A stretch of 58,126 nucleotides of DNA from SAR86 cluster bacterium AG-339-G14 (GTDB lineage: Bacteria > Pseudomonadota > Gammaproteobacteria > Magnimaribacterales > AG-339-G14). Of this stretch, positions 17,811 through 26,472 are shown piece by piece (position 1 is the stretch's first letter; each line of letters opens with the position of its first letter). The stretch covers positions 1-58,126 of the forward strand of contig QCAB01000003.1 of assembly GCA_003282105.1 (NCBI GenBank), read 5' to 3'. The position numbers and the translations under genes are program-made. Below the pieces are notes generated by a model. It was not told where the DNA came from, made no database searches, and saw only the letters and a list, made by a program, of their open reading frames with translations.

Positions 17811-20804
17811 ATGAAAAAAATATTATTTTTAATTACATTGCTTATAAGTTCTTTTGCTGTCGCTCAAACTTATACAGCTGATCAAAGTAAAAAGGATTTT
17901 TATGTGAATGGTTTGTTAGCCAATGATGGCTTACAAAGTTTAAATTTTTTAATCTGTTTTATGAAAAACACTAATTTAAGTGATTTCATAGACAAAGGAA
18001 CTTATAAAGCTTTAATCGATGAGAAATCTTGTGAAAAAGCAGACGGCTCAGATTCTACTGCAGAGGCAAGCGCGGCGACCGCAACGAGTGCAGCATCTTC
18101 TAAAACTACCACTGCAACAGGTACTGTCGATACTGTTGAATATACAACTCAAACTGCCGTCGCTGTTACTGCTACTGATGGTTCGATTGATGGAAAATCA
18201 TGGGTCGAGTTAGAAATTGAATTTTTCGGTGATCAATCTACTTTGGGTCCAGCTACAGCATTTGTAAAAATGGATCTTCAAGAAGATGTGAGCGCAACGA
18301 ACCAGTTGGGGACCTTTACCTTTACCTATGATTTAGTTAATGATGAAGCCATTGGCGATCCTTATAACGCCCCAGCGAATACCCAAATGTCACAAGGTTA
18401 TGTCGGGGTTTCAGGAAATGAAATTACTTTTGTTGAGCAAGGACGTGGTGCTCCTATACAACTAAAATTGAATAAGGATTCATCCACGAAAGTTACGCAA
18501 GGAATCATGAGAACTGCGGGCGCTGTTGTTGATGCTAGCAATGCTGTAAAACAATATACTTTTGTGCATCAATTTTACTTCAACGATACATCCAATGTTT
18601 ATTGTCAAAACCTCGTTGAAGCCCAAGAAATTCAATTTGGTGCTTCTGGGCCAGAAAATGTTGGTGACGCAGTTACTGCGGCAGCTTTTAAAACAATTGC
18701 TGATGCTGCAACAGAGGTTCAAGCATTTGGTGGTGGTGCTAATGTAACCGGAGAAAATTGTTGGGGTACTGCAGCTGCTGATACCAAAAGAACTGTTTAT
18801 CAATACGGTACTTACAACGCTGGTAATTTAGTTACCGCCGATGCTGATAAAAAATATGATGCTAGTCAAGGATCCATGTCCTTAAGAGCTACAAAAGGAG
18901 ACAATGCTTCCTTTCCAGATGGAAGAGAAGTTTATGCACATGCAAGTTATTGGGGTTCACATGTCGACAGTAGTGATAGATCCTTAGTGAGCGATACAAC
19001 TATTTTTAGAAACAACAACAGCACAACCGATACAAATACTTACAATTTAAAACAAAATTTTCTACAAGTTTTTGAAATTACTACTGAAAAAAGACAATTA
19101 GCTGATTTAGATAAAGTAAACTTTTTTGGTTATGTGGGATGGTTAAAAAGAGATAATGATTGGTCAACAGGAATGTCGAATTTAGGATTTCCAACCACCG
19201 GCTCTTGTAACGCTACTGATGGTAATTGCGACGAATACGCTGGAACAGTTTCAGTTTCGGGAACGGGTGCAAGTACAGTGGTTACTTTTACTATCACTAA
19301 AGGCATCGATTGGAATTCAGGAAATGGTCCATTTGATTTAAATACTTCTTTTTCCTTTACAGCAGCCAATTGGGCTACACAGTTGAAAAAATCAGGAGAA
19401 GACTGGGGTCAAGGCTGGCATTTATGGGATGACACGAGCAGAAGAGGGTACGATATTCCTTTTGAAGCTTTTTCAAACCCTGTTAGCACTACTGACGCAC
19501 ATTTAACAAAGTCTAGAACTGAGAATAAAATCTCAGCAAGTTCTTTACCATCTAATCTTGCTTGTCTAAGAAACTGTATAGATGCAACAAAAATGAATCA
19601 GACAATGGGCGGGATATTTGCCTCTATAGATAACAGCACAACCTCAGGTACTTTAAATATTTCTCCATATAAAAATGTTGGAAGTTGGTTTAAAGAAGAG
19701 GTTTATACTGATTGGAATACTAATGGCGTATTCAATGCAGACAACGGAGAATTTAAAATGTCTCCGGGCGATCACATGTGGATTGGTGGAACAAAGGCTG
19801 CCGATATTGTCACTTATACAGTGAACAGTGGAAGTATTTTGGATAGTTCAACTGCTTTAACTTGGGCCGATGGGGTTAGTATTTCGATTCCATCTACTAG
19901 CTCAGTAGATGTGTTAACAAAAATAAGTTCTGCATCTAGAGAGTTAGAAGATTCGATAAGAAATTTTAATTATTACGAGAAACCTTACAGCCTTGGGACT
20001 ACCAATAATTACACCAGACGAGCTGGACACTGGTTTGACATGGAGGTTTTTGAAAATACTTCTCTTAATTTGAACGCAGTAGAGTGTGATAAACGAGATG
20101 ATGGTGAATATCAAGGTTATGCACCAGAAGTCAAAAAGGTTAGTGACAATACTTCTTACATGGACAACATAGCGACATCTAAATATTATTGTTCTGATAA
20201 GCTTCACAGAGGCGCGTTAACTACCACTTATAGAATTGGAGTTATGCAAAGACCTGAATATAGCTTAAGTAACGCAACTACCGGTGCTGAGATCAGTATT
20301 TCTCCACCAGAAACCTTAACTTTTACAGTCCCAGCTTCAGGCGTGAGATATAACTTTTCAGGGATTGACTATTCTGGACAAAAGTTTTTACTAAAATTTG
20401 AAGGTTATGGAGAGTTACATAATATTCCTGGAAGAGTTGTCAACACTTGTACTGGAGTTGAGGTTGGAAAATACGTTTCCAATTGGGATCAATGTTATAG
20501 ATACGTTCATGACTTTGTAATACCTGATGGAACTATTCTTGTAAATTCAGATACAACGAAACCTAATGTAAAAGTTTTAGCTTTACGAGGCGATGATTTT
20601 ATTACTAAAAAAACTGATAGTGAGACCGCTACCTTGGCTACTACTTATACTGTTCCAATAGAAGACTTGCCTTCGTTTTCTTTTTTAAAAAATAATTCTC
20701 AGTCAAGTTCATCAGATTATATCGGTGCTAAGCCTAATACCGATATCATAAACGATGGTAATCCTTCTGTGGTTCATGGACAAACCGTATTTGAAGTAAA
20801 TTAA
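17811..20804 (+). CDS. Large secreted protein of unknown function (997 aa)
   Basis: Signal peptide MKKILFLITLLISSFAVAQ, an Ala/Thr/Ser low-complexity linker, and many paired Cys. RBS AGGAAAGAG. No domain recognised. Confidence 0.8.
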   Translation: MKKILFLITLLISSFAVAQTYTADQSKKDFYVNGLLANDGLQSLNFLICFMKNTNLSDFIDKGTYKALIDEKSCEKADGSDSTAEASAATATSAASSKTTTATGTVDTVEYTTQTAVAVTATDGSIDGKSWVELEIEFFGDQSTLGPATAFVKMDLQEDVSATNQLGTFTFTYDLVNDEAIGDPYNAPANTQMSQGYVGVSGNEITFVEQGRGAPIQLKLNKDSSTKVTQGIMRTAGAVVDASNAVKQYTFVHQFYFNDTSNVYCQNLVEAQEIQFGASGPENVGDAVTAAAFKTIADAATEVQAFGGGANVTGENCWGTAAADTKRTVYQYGTYNAGNLVTADADKKYDASQGSMSLRATKGDNASFPDGREVYAHASYWGSHVDSSDRSLVSDTTIFRNNNSTTDTNTYNLKQNFLQVFEITTEKRQLADLDKVNFFGYVGWLKRDNDWSTGMSNLGFPTTGSCNATDGNCDEYAGTVSVSGTGASTVVTFTITKGIDWNSGNGPFDLNTSFSFTAANWATQLKKSGEDWGQGWHLWDDTSRRGYDIPFEAFSNPVSTTDAHLTKSRTENKISASSLPSNLACLRNCIDATKMNQTMGGIFASIDNSTTSGTLNISPYKNVGSWFKEEVYTDWNTNGVFNADNGEFKMSPGDHMWIGGTKAADIVTYTVNSGSILDSSTALTWADGVSISIPSTSSVDVLTKISSASRELEDSIRNFNYYEKPYSLGTTNNYTRRAGHWFDMEVFENTSLNLNAVECDKRDDGEYQGYAPEVKKVSDNTSYMDNIATSKYYCSDKLHRGALTTTYRIGVMQRPEYSLSNATTGAEISISPPETLTFTVPASGVRYNFSGIDYSGQKFLLKFEGYGELHNIPGRVVNTCTGVEVGKYVSNWDQCYRYVHDFVIPDGTILVNSDTTKPNVKVLALRGDDFITKKTDSETATLATTYTVPIEDLPSFSFLKNNSQSSSSDYIGAKPNTDIINDGNPSVVHGQTVFEVN

Positions 20805-20846
20805 ACAATAACTAAAAAATCCTCTTTTCTTGATAAAGGGAGTTTT
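20687..20846. repeat. Direct repeat copy 1 (3' end of the 997-aa gene plus its downstream spacer)
   Basis: Core 20701-20846 matches 22374-22519 at 144 of 146 positions at a constant offset of 1673 nt. Mismatches are at 20737 and 20797. Confidence 0.9.
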
Positions 20847-21711
20847 ATAGAGAGTTGTAAAACTCTTTAAGATGATTTGTTATTTCTTCTGAAGAATCTT
20901 CTTGTATGAAATGATTGCCTTTAACTTCTACTTCTTTAATTGAGCTCCATTTTCTTATTTCATCCCTTTGTTCTCCAGTAAGAATGAGTCCTGGATTAGC
21001 GTTTATAAAAAGCTTAGGAATTTCAGATTCATAATGAAATTCAGCGTTCAAGATAATTTCATCTAAAGTCTCAGATGGCTCAGTACCATCGAGAGGTATG
21101 TTTCTAGGCCAAGTTAAAGTAGGGCGCCTTCCTTCTCCTTTATCTAAATAAGGTTTTAGATATTCTTCCTTATCATTATCACTCATCGGAGTTATTGGAT
21201 CGTTAAAAAGCAATCTTTCAACGAAAAAATTCTTTTGCAAAACCAGTTCCTCTCCAGCGTCAGTTCGTAAAAGCGAAAATATTTTTCTTGCAACTTCCGG
21301 CCATTTTTCCCAAGTAAGTGGCACTGCAATGCCTTCCATAAAAGAAATTGATTTTATTTTGTCAGAATTTAATCTTGCGTACATTAGGCCTAAAGCACAA
21401 CCCCAATCGTGAATGACTAAATGTTGATTCTCTTCAAGATCTAAAGAGTCTAATAATTTAGATAAAAAATCATAATGACCCATAAAACTGTATTCAGGGT
21501 TTTCTATTCCATCTAATTTTTCTGAATCTCCCATACCAATTAAATCAGGCACAATTATTCTATTTGTATTAAGAAAATTTGGAGCAATATCTCTCCATAG
21601 ATAAGAAGAAGTTGGATTTCCGTGTAAAAAAATAATTGGTTCACCGATACCTTCATCGATTACAGCCATTTTTTTTCCTTTAATTTCTATATATTTTTTT
21701 TGAATTTCCAT
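20845..21711 (-). CDS. Haloalkane dehalogenase, HLD-II (DhaA/Renilla-luciferase-like) alpha/beta hydrolase
   Basis: Motifs FLHGNPTSSYLWRDIAP, IHDWGCALG (nucleophile Asp plus Trp), FMEGIAV (acid Glu) and GNHFIQED (His). Confidence 0.85.
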   Translation of the reverse strand: MEIQKKYIEIKGKKMAVIDEGIGEPIIFLHGNPTSSYLWRDIAPNFLNTNRIIVPDLIGMGDSEKLDGIENPEYSFMGHYDFLSKLLDSLDLEENQHLVIHDWGCALGLMYARLNSDKIKSISFMEGIAVPLTWEKWPEVARKIFSLLRTDAGEELVLQKNFFVERLLFNDPITPMSDNDKEEYLKPYLDKGEGRRPTLTWPRNIPLDGTEPSETLDEIILNAEFHYESEIPKLFINANPGLILTGEQRDEIRKWSSIKEVEVKGNHFIQEDSSEEITNHLKEFYNSL

Positions 21712-21785
21712 AGTAAAGATTTAAATTTAGGTTGTCTTTTATTCATATTAAATTAAATTGCATTTTACAGTTTATTACTACATAA

Positions 21786-22052
21786 ATGTACATGCTAAGT
21801 GAAGAGGATAAAAATAGAATTATTGAAATGGCTTGGGAGGATAGGACTCCATTTGAAGTTATTCATTCTGAGTTTAATTTAACTCACAATGAATTAATTA
21901 CTTTAATGCGAAATAACTTAAAACCTAGAAGTTTTAAGTTATGGCGACAAAGGGTTTCTGGAAGAAAAACTAAACACATTAAATTAAGAGGGCATTTAGT
22001 TGGAAGACACAGGTGTTACCGCCAAGGAAAAATTAACATTAAAAAAAGATAG
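21786..22052 (+). CDS. TIGR03643/DUF2805-family small protein
   Basis: IIEMAWEDRTPFEVIHSEFNL...LWRQRVSGRKTKH matches my recollection of this family. Confidence 0.7.
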   Translation: MYMLSEEDKNRIIEMAWEDRTPFEVIHSEFNLTHNELITLMRNNLKPRSFKLWRQRVSGRKTKHIKLRGHLVGRHRCYRQGKINIKKR

Positions 22053-22326
22053 ATTTTCAGAGTTATCAGCTTTTCTTAAAAAAGAGGGGTTTGAAGTAGA
22101 ACTAATCTGTCAAGATGATTTCACTAGTATTTCCTTCAACACTAGTAATCCCGATCCAATTGAAGTTTCTATACAATTATTTAATGATTATTTCAGGGTG
22201 TGTTATTGGGATGGCTATGGTGTTGCTGAATTTTATGATTATAAAAACCTTTCTAAAGCATTTAAGAAATTCACAAAATTTCTTACAAAATCTAAATCAA
22301 ATATAGAAAAATTTGGATTAAAGTAG
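22000..22326 (+). CDS. Hypothetical protein (doubtful)
   Basis: 108-aa ORF whose only possible start is the TTG at 22000. It overlaps the previous ORF by 53 nt. No motif recognised. Confidence 0.3.
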   Translation: MEDTGVTAKEKLTLKKDRFSELSAFLKKEGFEVELICQDDFTSISFNTSNPDPIEVSIQLFNDYFRVCYWDGYGVAEFYDYKNLSKAFKKFTKFLTKSKSNIEKFGLK

Positions 22327-22358
22327 AAGCACACTAAATTGAAAAATATCTTTTACTT

Positions 22359-22519
22359 AAAAAAATAATCCGCAGTCAAGTTCATCAGATTATATCGGTG
22401 CTAAGCCTACTACCGATATCATAAACGATGGTAATCCTTCTGTGGTTCATGGACAAACCGTATTTGAAGCAAATTAAACAATAACTAAAAAATCCTCTTT
22501 TCTTGATAAAGGGAGTTTT
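22359..22519. repeat. Direct repeat copy 2
   Basis: See copy 1. It ends at the stop codon of the convergent acyl-CoA synthetase, just as copy 1 ends at the stop codon of the dehalogenase. Confidence 0.9.
22362..22477 (+). pseudogene. Relic 3' fragment of the 997-aa gene
   Basis: It translates as KNNPQSSSSDYIGAKPTTDIINDGNPSVVHGQTVFEAN*. The intact gene reads KNNSQSSSSDYIGAKPNTDIINDGNPSVVHGQTVFEVN*. The fragment is preceded by an in-frame TAA. Confidence 0.75.
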
Positions 22520-24061
22520 TTATGAAATTGCTGGTGCTGAAGCACCTAATTTTTCTTCTCTTAAAGTTCTCTTTAAAACTTTGCCTGTTGCGTTTCTGGG
22601 GAGAGCATCAATAAACTCTACGCCTTTTGGAATCTTAAATTTTGCTAAGTTTTTAAGACAATGATCGATTATCTCTTCTTCTGATAAATTTTCATCTTTT
22701 TTTATAACTATGAAAGCAAACCCGACTTCACCCCATTTCTCATCAGGAACACCAATAATTGCTGCTTCTGCTATTTGAGGTATTTGATAAATTACATTTT
22801 CAACCTCAGCAGGATAGACATTTTCTCCCCCAGAGATGTACATATCTTTTTGTCGATCTACAATGTATATAAAGCCTTCATCATCCATTTGAGCGGCATC
22901 ACCAGTTTTTAACCATCCATCTATAAAAGAATTTTTGGTGGCTTCCTCATTATTCCAATAGCCTGGTGTAATGTTTGGTCCTTTAATGAGAATTTCACCA
23001 ACTTCTCCTTTTTTAACCTCATTCCCCTGATCATCTACTATTTTTACCGCAGTGTGCAATAGAGGCTTTCCAGCAGATCCTATTTTTCTAGCTGCTTCAT
23101 CGCCAGATAAACTTATTGCTGCTGGACTTGTTTCAGTCATTCCCCAGCCTTGAGAAAACTCTACTCCTTTGTCTTGCCAAGTTTTAAGTATAACTTCAGC
23201 GCAAGGTGCGCCTCCAACACCAGCACTTTGGATTCTAGAAAAATCAGTTTTATCAAAATCTGGATGCAGCATCATAAATTGATAGGGCGCCGGAACAGCG
23301 AATAAATGAGTGACTCCGTAATCAGGATTGTTGATAATTTCTAACGCTTTTCCTGGATCAAATTCTTTGGTTAAAATAATTTGGCCTCCGTTATGTAGTA
23401 CAGGATTCGCGTAACAATTCATTCCGCCAGTATGAAATAAAGGCAATGATACTAATTGAACCGCTTTATCAGTAATCCTTGCAGTTGAAGCCAAATTTAC
23501 AATATTAAAAAACTGCATTCTATGAGTAATCATTGCGCCTTTAGGATGTCCAGTAGTTCCAGAGGTGTACATCAACATTATTAAATCGTTATGAGTACAT
23601 TCTATTGAAGTGAAATCATTGTTTTCAGAAATTGCAGATTCATAACTACTACTAAAATTATTCTCCTCTATTTCTAAAGAATTTTTAATATCACAATCTT
23701 TTAAGAGAGCTTCAGCTATTTCTTTAAATTCAATTGAGTAAATAAGTACTTTTGGAGAACTATCTTTAAGAATATATTCTAATTCAGGCTCAGTAAGTCT
23801 CCAGTTTAATGGCAGTTCGATACCTCCAATTTTTCCGCACGCAAATTCTAATTCGAATACTTCAGCACAATTGTGAGATAGAATTGCGACTCTATCTCCT
23901 TTTTCTATTCCATTTTTCTGAAGCCATCCTGCAAGAGCCTTAGATCGATCATTTAATGTTTTATAAGATAATTCTTTACCACTGGAAATTTCTTTAATTG
24001 CTATCTTTTCTGGTCTAAAGTTAGATTGATATTCCACCCAATCATAATATTTAACAGTCAT
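22520..24061 (-). CDS. AMP-dependent acyl-CoA synthetase/ligase
   Basis: Motifs YTSGTTGHPKGAMITH, GWGMTETS, GWLKTGD, ISGGENVYPAEVE and LPRNATGKVLKR. Confidence 0.85.
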   Translation of the reverse strand: MTVKYYDWVEYQSNFRPEKIAIKEISSGKELSYKTLNDRSKALAGWLQKNGIEKGDRVAILSHNCAEVFELEFACGKIGGIELPLNWRLTEPELEYILKDSSPKVLIYSIEFKEIAEALLKDCDIKNSLEIEENNFSSSYESAISENNDFTSIECTHNDLIMLMYTSGTTGHPKGAMITHRMQFFNIVNLASTARITDKAVQLVSLPLFHTGGMNCYANPVLHNGGQIILTKEFDPGKALEIINNPDYGVTHLFAVPAPYQFMMLHPDFDKTDFSRIQSAGVGGAPCAEVILKTWQDKGVEFSQGWGMTETSPAAISLSGDEAARKIGSAGKPLLHTAVKIVDDQGNEVKKGEVGEILIKGPNITPGYWNNEEATKNSFIDGWLKTGDAAQMDDEGFIYIVDRQKDMYISGGENVYPAEVENVIYQIPQIAEAAIIGVPDEKWGEVGFAFIVIKKDENLSEEEIIDHCLKNLAKFKIPKGVEFIDALPRNATGKVLKRTLREEKLGASAPAIS

Positions 24062-24075
24062 ATTCTTTCTCCAAG

Positions 24076-24339
24076 TTATTCTTTAGGCTTTGGAAACCAA
24101 ATCATTGCCATCTGGAATAATATAATAAATACATGCAAGTAGGATATTAATTGGTAAGAAGAGGGTAGTATCATAATTCCAATTAATGATGCAGAAATAC
24201 AATAAATAGAGCAAAAAACTTTTGCTATTACTCTTACTGTCTCATTTCTATTAATAGCTGCTCTTAAACCTTGTGCAAGGTTAAAGCCATAACAGACAAA
24301 TATTGAAATCGCTAAGTAATATACTGCATTGTTCTCCAT
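24076..24339 (-). CDS. Small integral membrane protein, unknown function
   Basis: 87 aa with 2-3 hydrophobic helices, 14 nt upstream of the synthetase start. Confidence 0.5.
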   Translation of the reverse strand: MENNAVYYLAISIFVCYGFNLAQGLRAAINRNETVRVIAKVFCSIYCISASLIGIMILPSSYQLISYLHVFIILFQMAMIWFPKPKE

Positions 24340-24512
24340 TAATCCCTCAATACTTTCTATTGTAGATTATAGATATTCACCTATGAATCTCAAATACTCT
24401 ATTTAACATAATATATATTATACGAATATAAACTTATTAATCTTATCGACTATATAAACAATAGAAACCCTTTTAGATTAGGTAAATAACTTGATGTAAG
24501 TAAAAGATATTA

Positions 24513-25634
24513 CTATCTGATTAAATCAGTTACAGGTTTGCCATTTATAAAATCACTAATTATTTGAGCTAGTTCAGGCCCAACTTCTTCTTGCACAAAA
24601 TGTCCTGCTCCTCCTAAAGTAATTTCAGTAGGATTAGGAATTCTATTTATAAAATCATCTTTTAATCTTAAGGTCATTCTTTCATTTTCACCAAAAGCTA
24701 CTAAGAAAGGTTTATCCCACTTCTCATAAACTTCTTTCCATAATCTTTCATTCTCTGGTAACTGAGTTGGAATCAAATACGGCCACACATGTGCTCCCGC
24801 TTTATATAATCCTGTTGGATATGGGGCTTCATACGCATATGCCTCTCCTTCTGTAAGATCTATTCCTCCAAAATTTTCTATAATTCCTACTATGTTCATA
24901 TTTTCTGAATAGTATGAATAAGCCATCCATTTAGTAAACATAGAAACTCCTGTCATAGGAGATGGTTCGCCTGAGGACAAAGCTTTTTCTGCGGCTTTAG
25001 ACAATTCGTCAAATGTTATTGACCCATTCAACCAAACTGCAAATTTTATTATATTTTCTATAAACCAAGCAGGAAGTTGGCTAGCAGCTGCAAATCCAGT
25101 ATTTGATACAACTATATTTCCAAATCTTTCAGGTAATTCTGCAACTACTCTCAATCCGACAAGTCCGCCCCAATCTTGTCCAAAAAACGTAACATTTTGC
25201 AGATCTAACGTTTCAATTAATTCTTTCATTACATCAACATGATGAATGTAACTATAATCATACTTCGATAAAAATTTATCTGATTTCCCAAATCCTACGC
25301 AATCTGGAACTATTACTCTATGTCCATTCTCTACAAGAATTGGAATCATTTTTCTGAAAAGATAACTCCAAGTGGGCTCCCCGTGTAAAAGGAAAATGGG
25401 ATCTGCATCTTCTGGTCCTTCATCAAGATAATGAATTCTCATCCCGTCTATCAACAAATAATTAGGGTTGAATGGATAATCCTCTAAATTTTGAAACCTT
25501 TTGTCGGGAGTCCTAACAATACCAGATGAAACTATATTCAAATCCTTATAGTCAATCTCGGAGAGAGTCTTATCTGAACAAGAAAAAAGAAATATAGCTG
25601 TCGAAAAAAATAAGAGACAAAATTTATAAATCAT
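24513..25634 (-). CDS. Haloalkane dehalogenase, HLD-I (DhlA-like), with N-terminal lipoprotein-type signal
   Basis: VRTPDKRFQNLEDYPFNPNY, FLLHGEPTWSYLFRKMIP, GQDWGG and GHFVQEE closely parallel Xanthobacter DhlA as I recall it. There is an extra ~40-aa N-terminus with an LFSC lipobox. Confidence 0.85.
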   Translation of the reverse strand: MIYKFCLLFFSTAIFLFSCSDKTLSEIDYKDLNIVSSGIVRTPDKRFQNLEDYPFNPNYLLIDGMRIHYLDEGPEDADPIFLLHGEPTWSYLFRKMIPILVENGHRVIVPDCVGFGKSDKFLSKYDYSYIHHVDVMKELIETLDLQNVTFFGQDWGGLVGLRVVAELPERFGNIVVSNTGFAAASQLPAWFIENIIKFAVWLNGSITFDELSKAAEKALSSGEPSPMTGVSMFTKWMAYSYYSENMNIVGIIENFGGIDLTEGEAYAYEAPYPTGLYKAGAHVWPYLIPTQLPENERLWKEVYEKWDKPFLVAFGENERMTLRLKDDFINRIPNPTEITLGGAGHFVQEEVGPELAQIISDFINGKPVTDLIR

Positions 25635-25689
25635 TTTCTGTTAAAAATTTTTGCTTTGAATATCAGTATTTAATATTTTATTAAGAAAG

Positions 25690-25716
25690 GAGAGCCTCTT
25701 TTTTTTAGAGGCTCTC
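25690..25716 (-). terminator. Rho-independent terminator candidate
   Basis: Perfect 10-bp arms (GAGAGCCTCT / AGAGGCTCTC) with a 7-nt loop, 20 nt downstream of the stop at 25736. Followed by CTTTCTT on the minus strand. Confidence 0.55.
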
Positions 25717-25735
25717 AAATAAATAATGCTGACGG

Positions 25736-26416
25736 TTATTTTGTATAAATAGTTTCACAAAACTCTATTGTTTCGTTTACGTCCTCATCAACATATTCTT
25801 GAGCATCAAACCAGATTTGTGACCATGAAGCGTTATCAAAATACTTATCGAGAATTTTCCCCATATTTGCACCTGTGTCTGTAATCATCCTTAAATGACT
25901 TAATCCAGTTTCAATTGGACCACCTGCAATAGTAGCAAACACCCCAATCATAATGTCATGTCCATCATCATTAATTGCATTTTGTAATTCTTTCATCTTT
26001 CTTGCGAAAGCAATTGGATTATTAAGTTTCAGCATAAAAAGTTGATGAAATCCGTCTCTTGCTTCGAACTCCACAAGAGGTTTAAAAGTTGCAGAATATT
26101 TAATTTCTCTCAGACGGTTTAAACTTACAGGAGCTTTATAGGGATCGTATAATTCTGATACTGCCATTGCCTCTTCCAAAGAATTGAATGCATTGTAAAC
26201 AAACATCTGACCAGGATATGAATTGCCTGACCTGGTTATGCAAACTCCAGCTTGTTGGGAACCTATAACCTCAAAAATTTCATTGCTATTTTTTAAAACA
26301 TCTACATATCTATCTATATCTTTAGCATCTACCATCAAAGTAGTAAAAGCTCCGGGAACCGAAAATGAATTTATAGAAAAAAGAAGTAGAATGCTCATTA
26401 ATATATATCTTTTCAT
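25736..26416 (-). CDS. Secreted hypothetical protein
   Basis: I place the start at ATG 26416 (MKRYILMSILLLFSINSFS...), which has an AGGAG SD 5 nt upstream. Signal peptide present. No motif recognised. Confidence 0.6.
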   Translation of the reverse strand: MKRYILMSILLLFSINSFSVPGAFTTLMVDAKDIDRYVDVLKNSNEIFEVIGSQQAGVCITRSGNSYPGQMFVYNAFNSLEEAMAVSELYDPYKAPVSLNRLREIKYSATFKPLVEFEARDGFHQLFMLKLNNPIAFARKMKELQNAINDDGHDIMIGVFATIAGGPIETGLSHLRMITDTGANMGKILDKYFDNASWSQIWFDAQEYVDEDVNETIEFCETIYTK

Positions 26417-26472
26417 AAAATCTCCTTTTTTAAAATTTAACAATAATCTTATTTGTTCGAGAATTCAATCTC

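Noticed and set aside
17471-20207. Short ORFs in alternative frames or strands within the cupredoxin-like and 997-aa genes (for example 17553..17780, 18019..18213, 18480..18803, 19130..19369, 19944..20207).
   Set aside because: They are nested in longer ORFs that have signal peptides and RBSs. Their compositions are repetitive (Leu/Gln/Ser runs), typical of off-frame reading.
20815-20846. Weak hairpin (CCTCTTT...AAAGGGAG followed by TTTT) inside the repeat spacer as a bidirectional terminator.
   Set aside because: The stem needs a bulge and G:U pairs, so it is too weak to call from sequence alone.
20687-22522. Integron-type gene cassette (attC) interpretation of the repeat-bracketed insert.
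   Set aside because: No GTTRRRY / RYYYAAC core sites or imperfect attC palindrome lie at the boundaries. The repeats are simple direct copies of a coding 3' end, and no intI is present.
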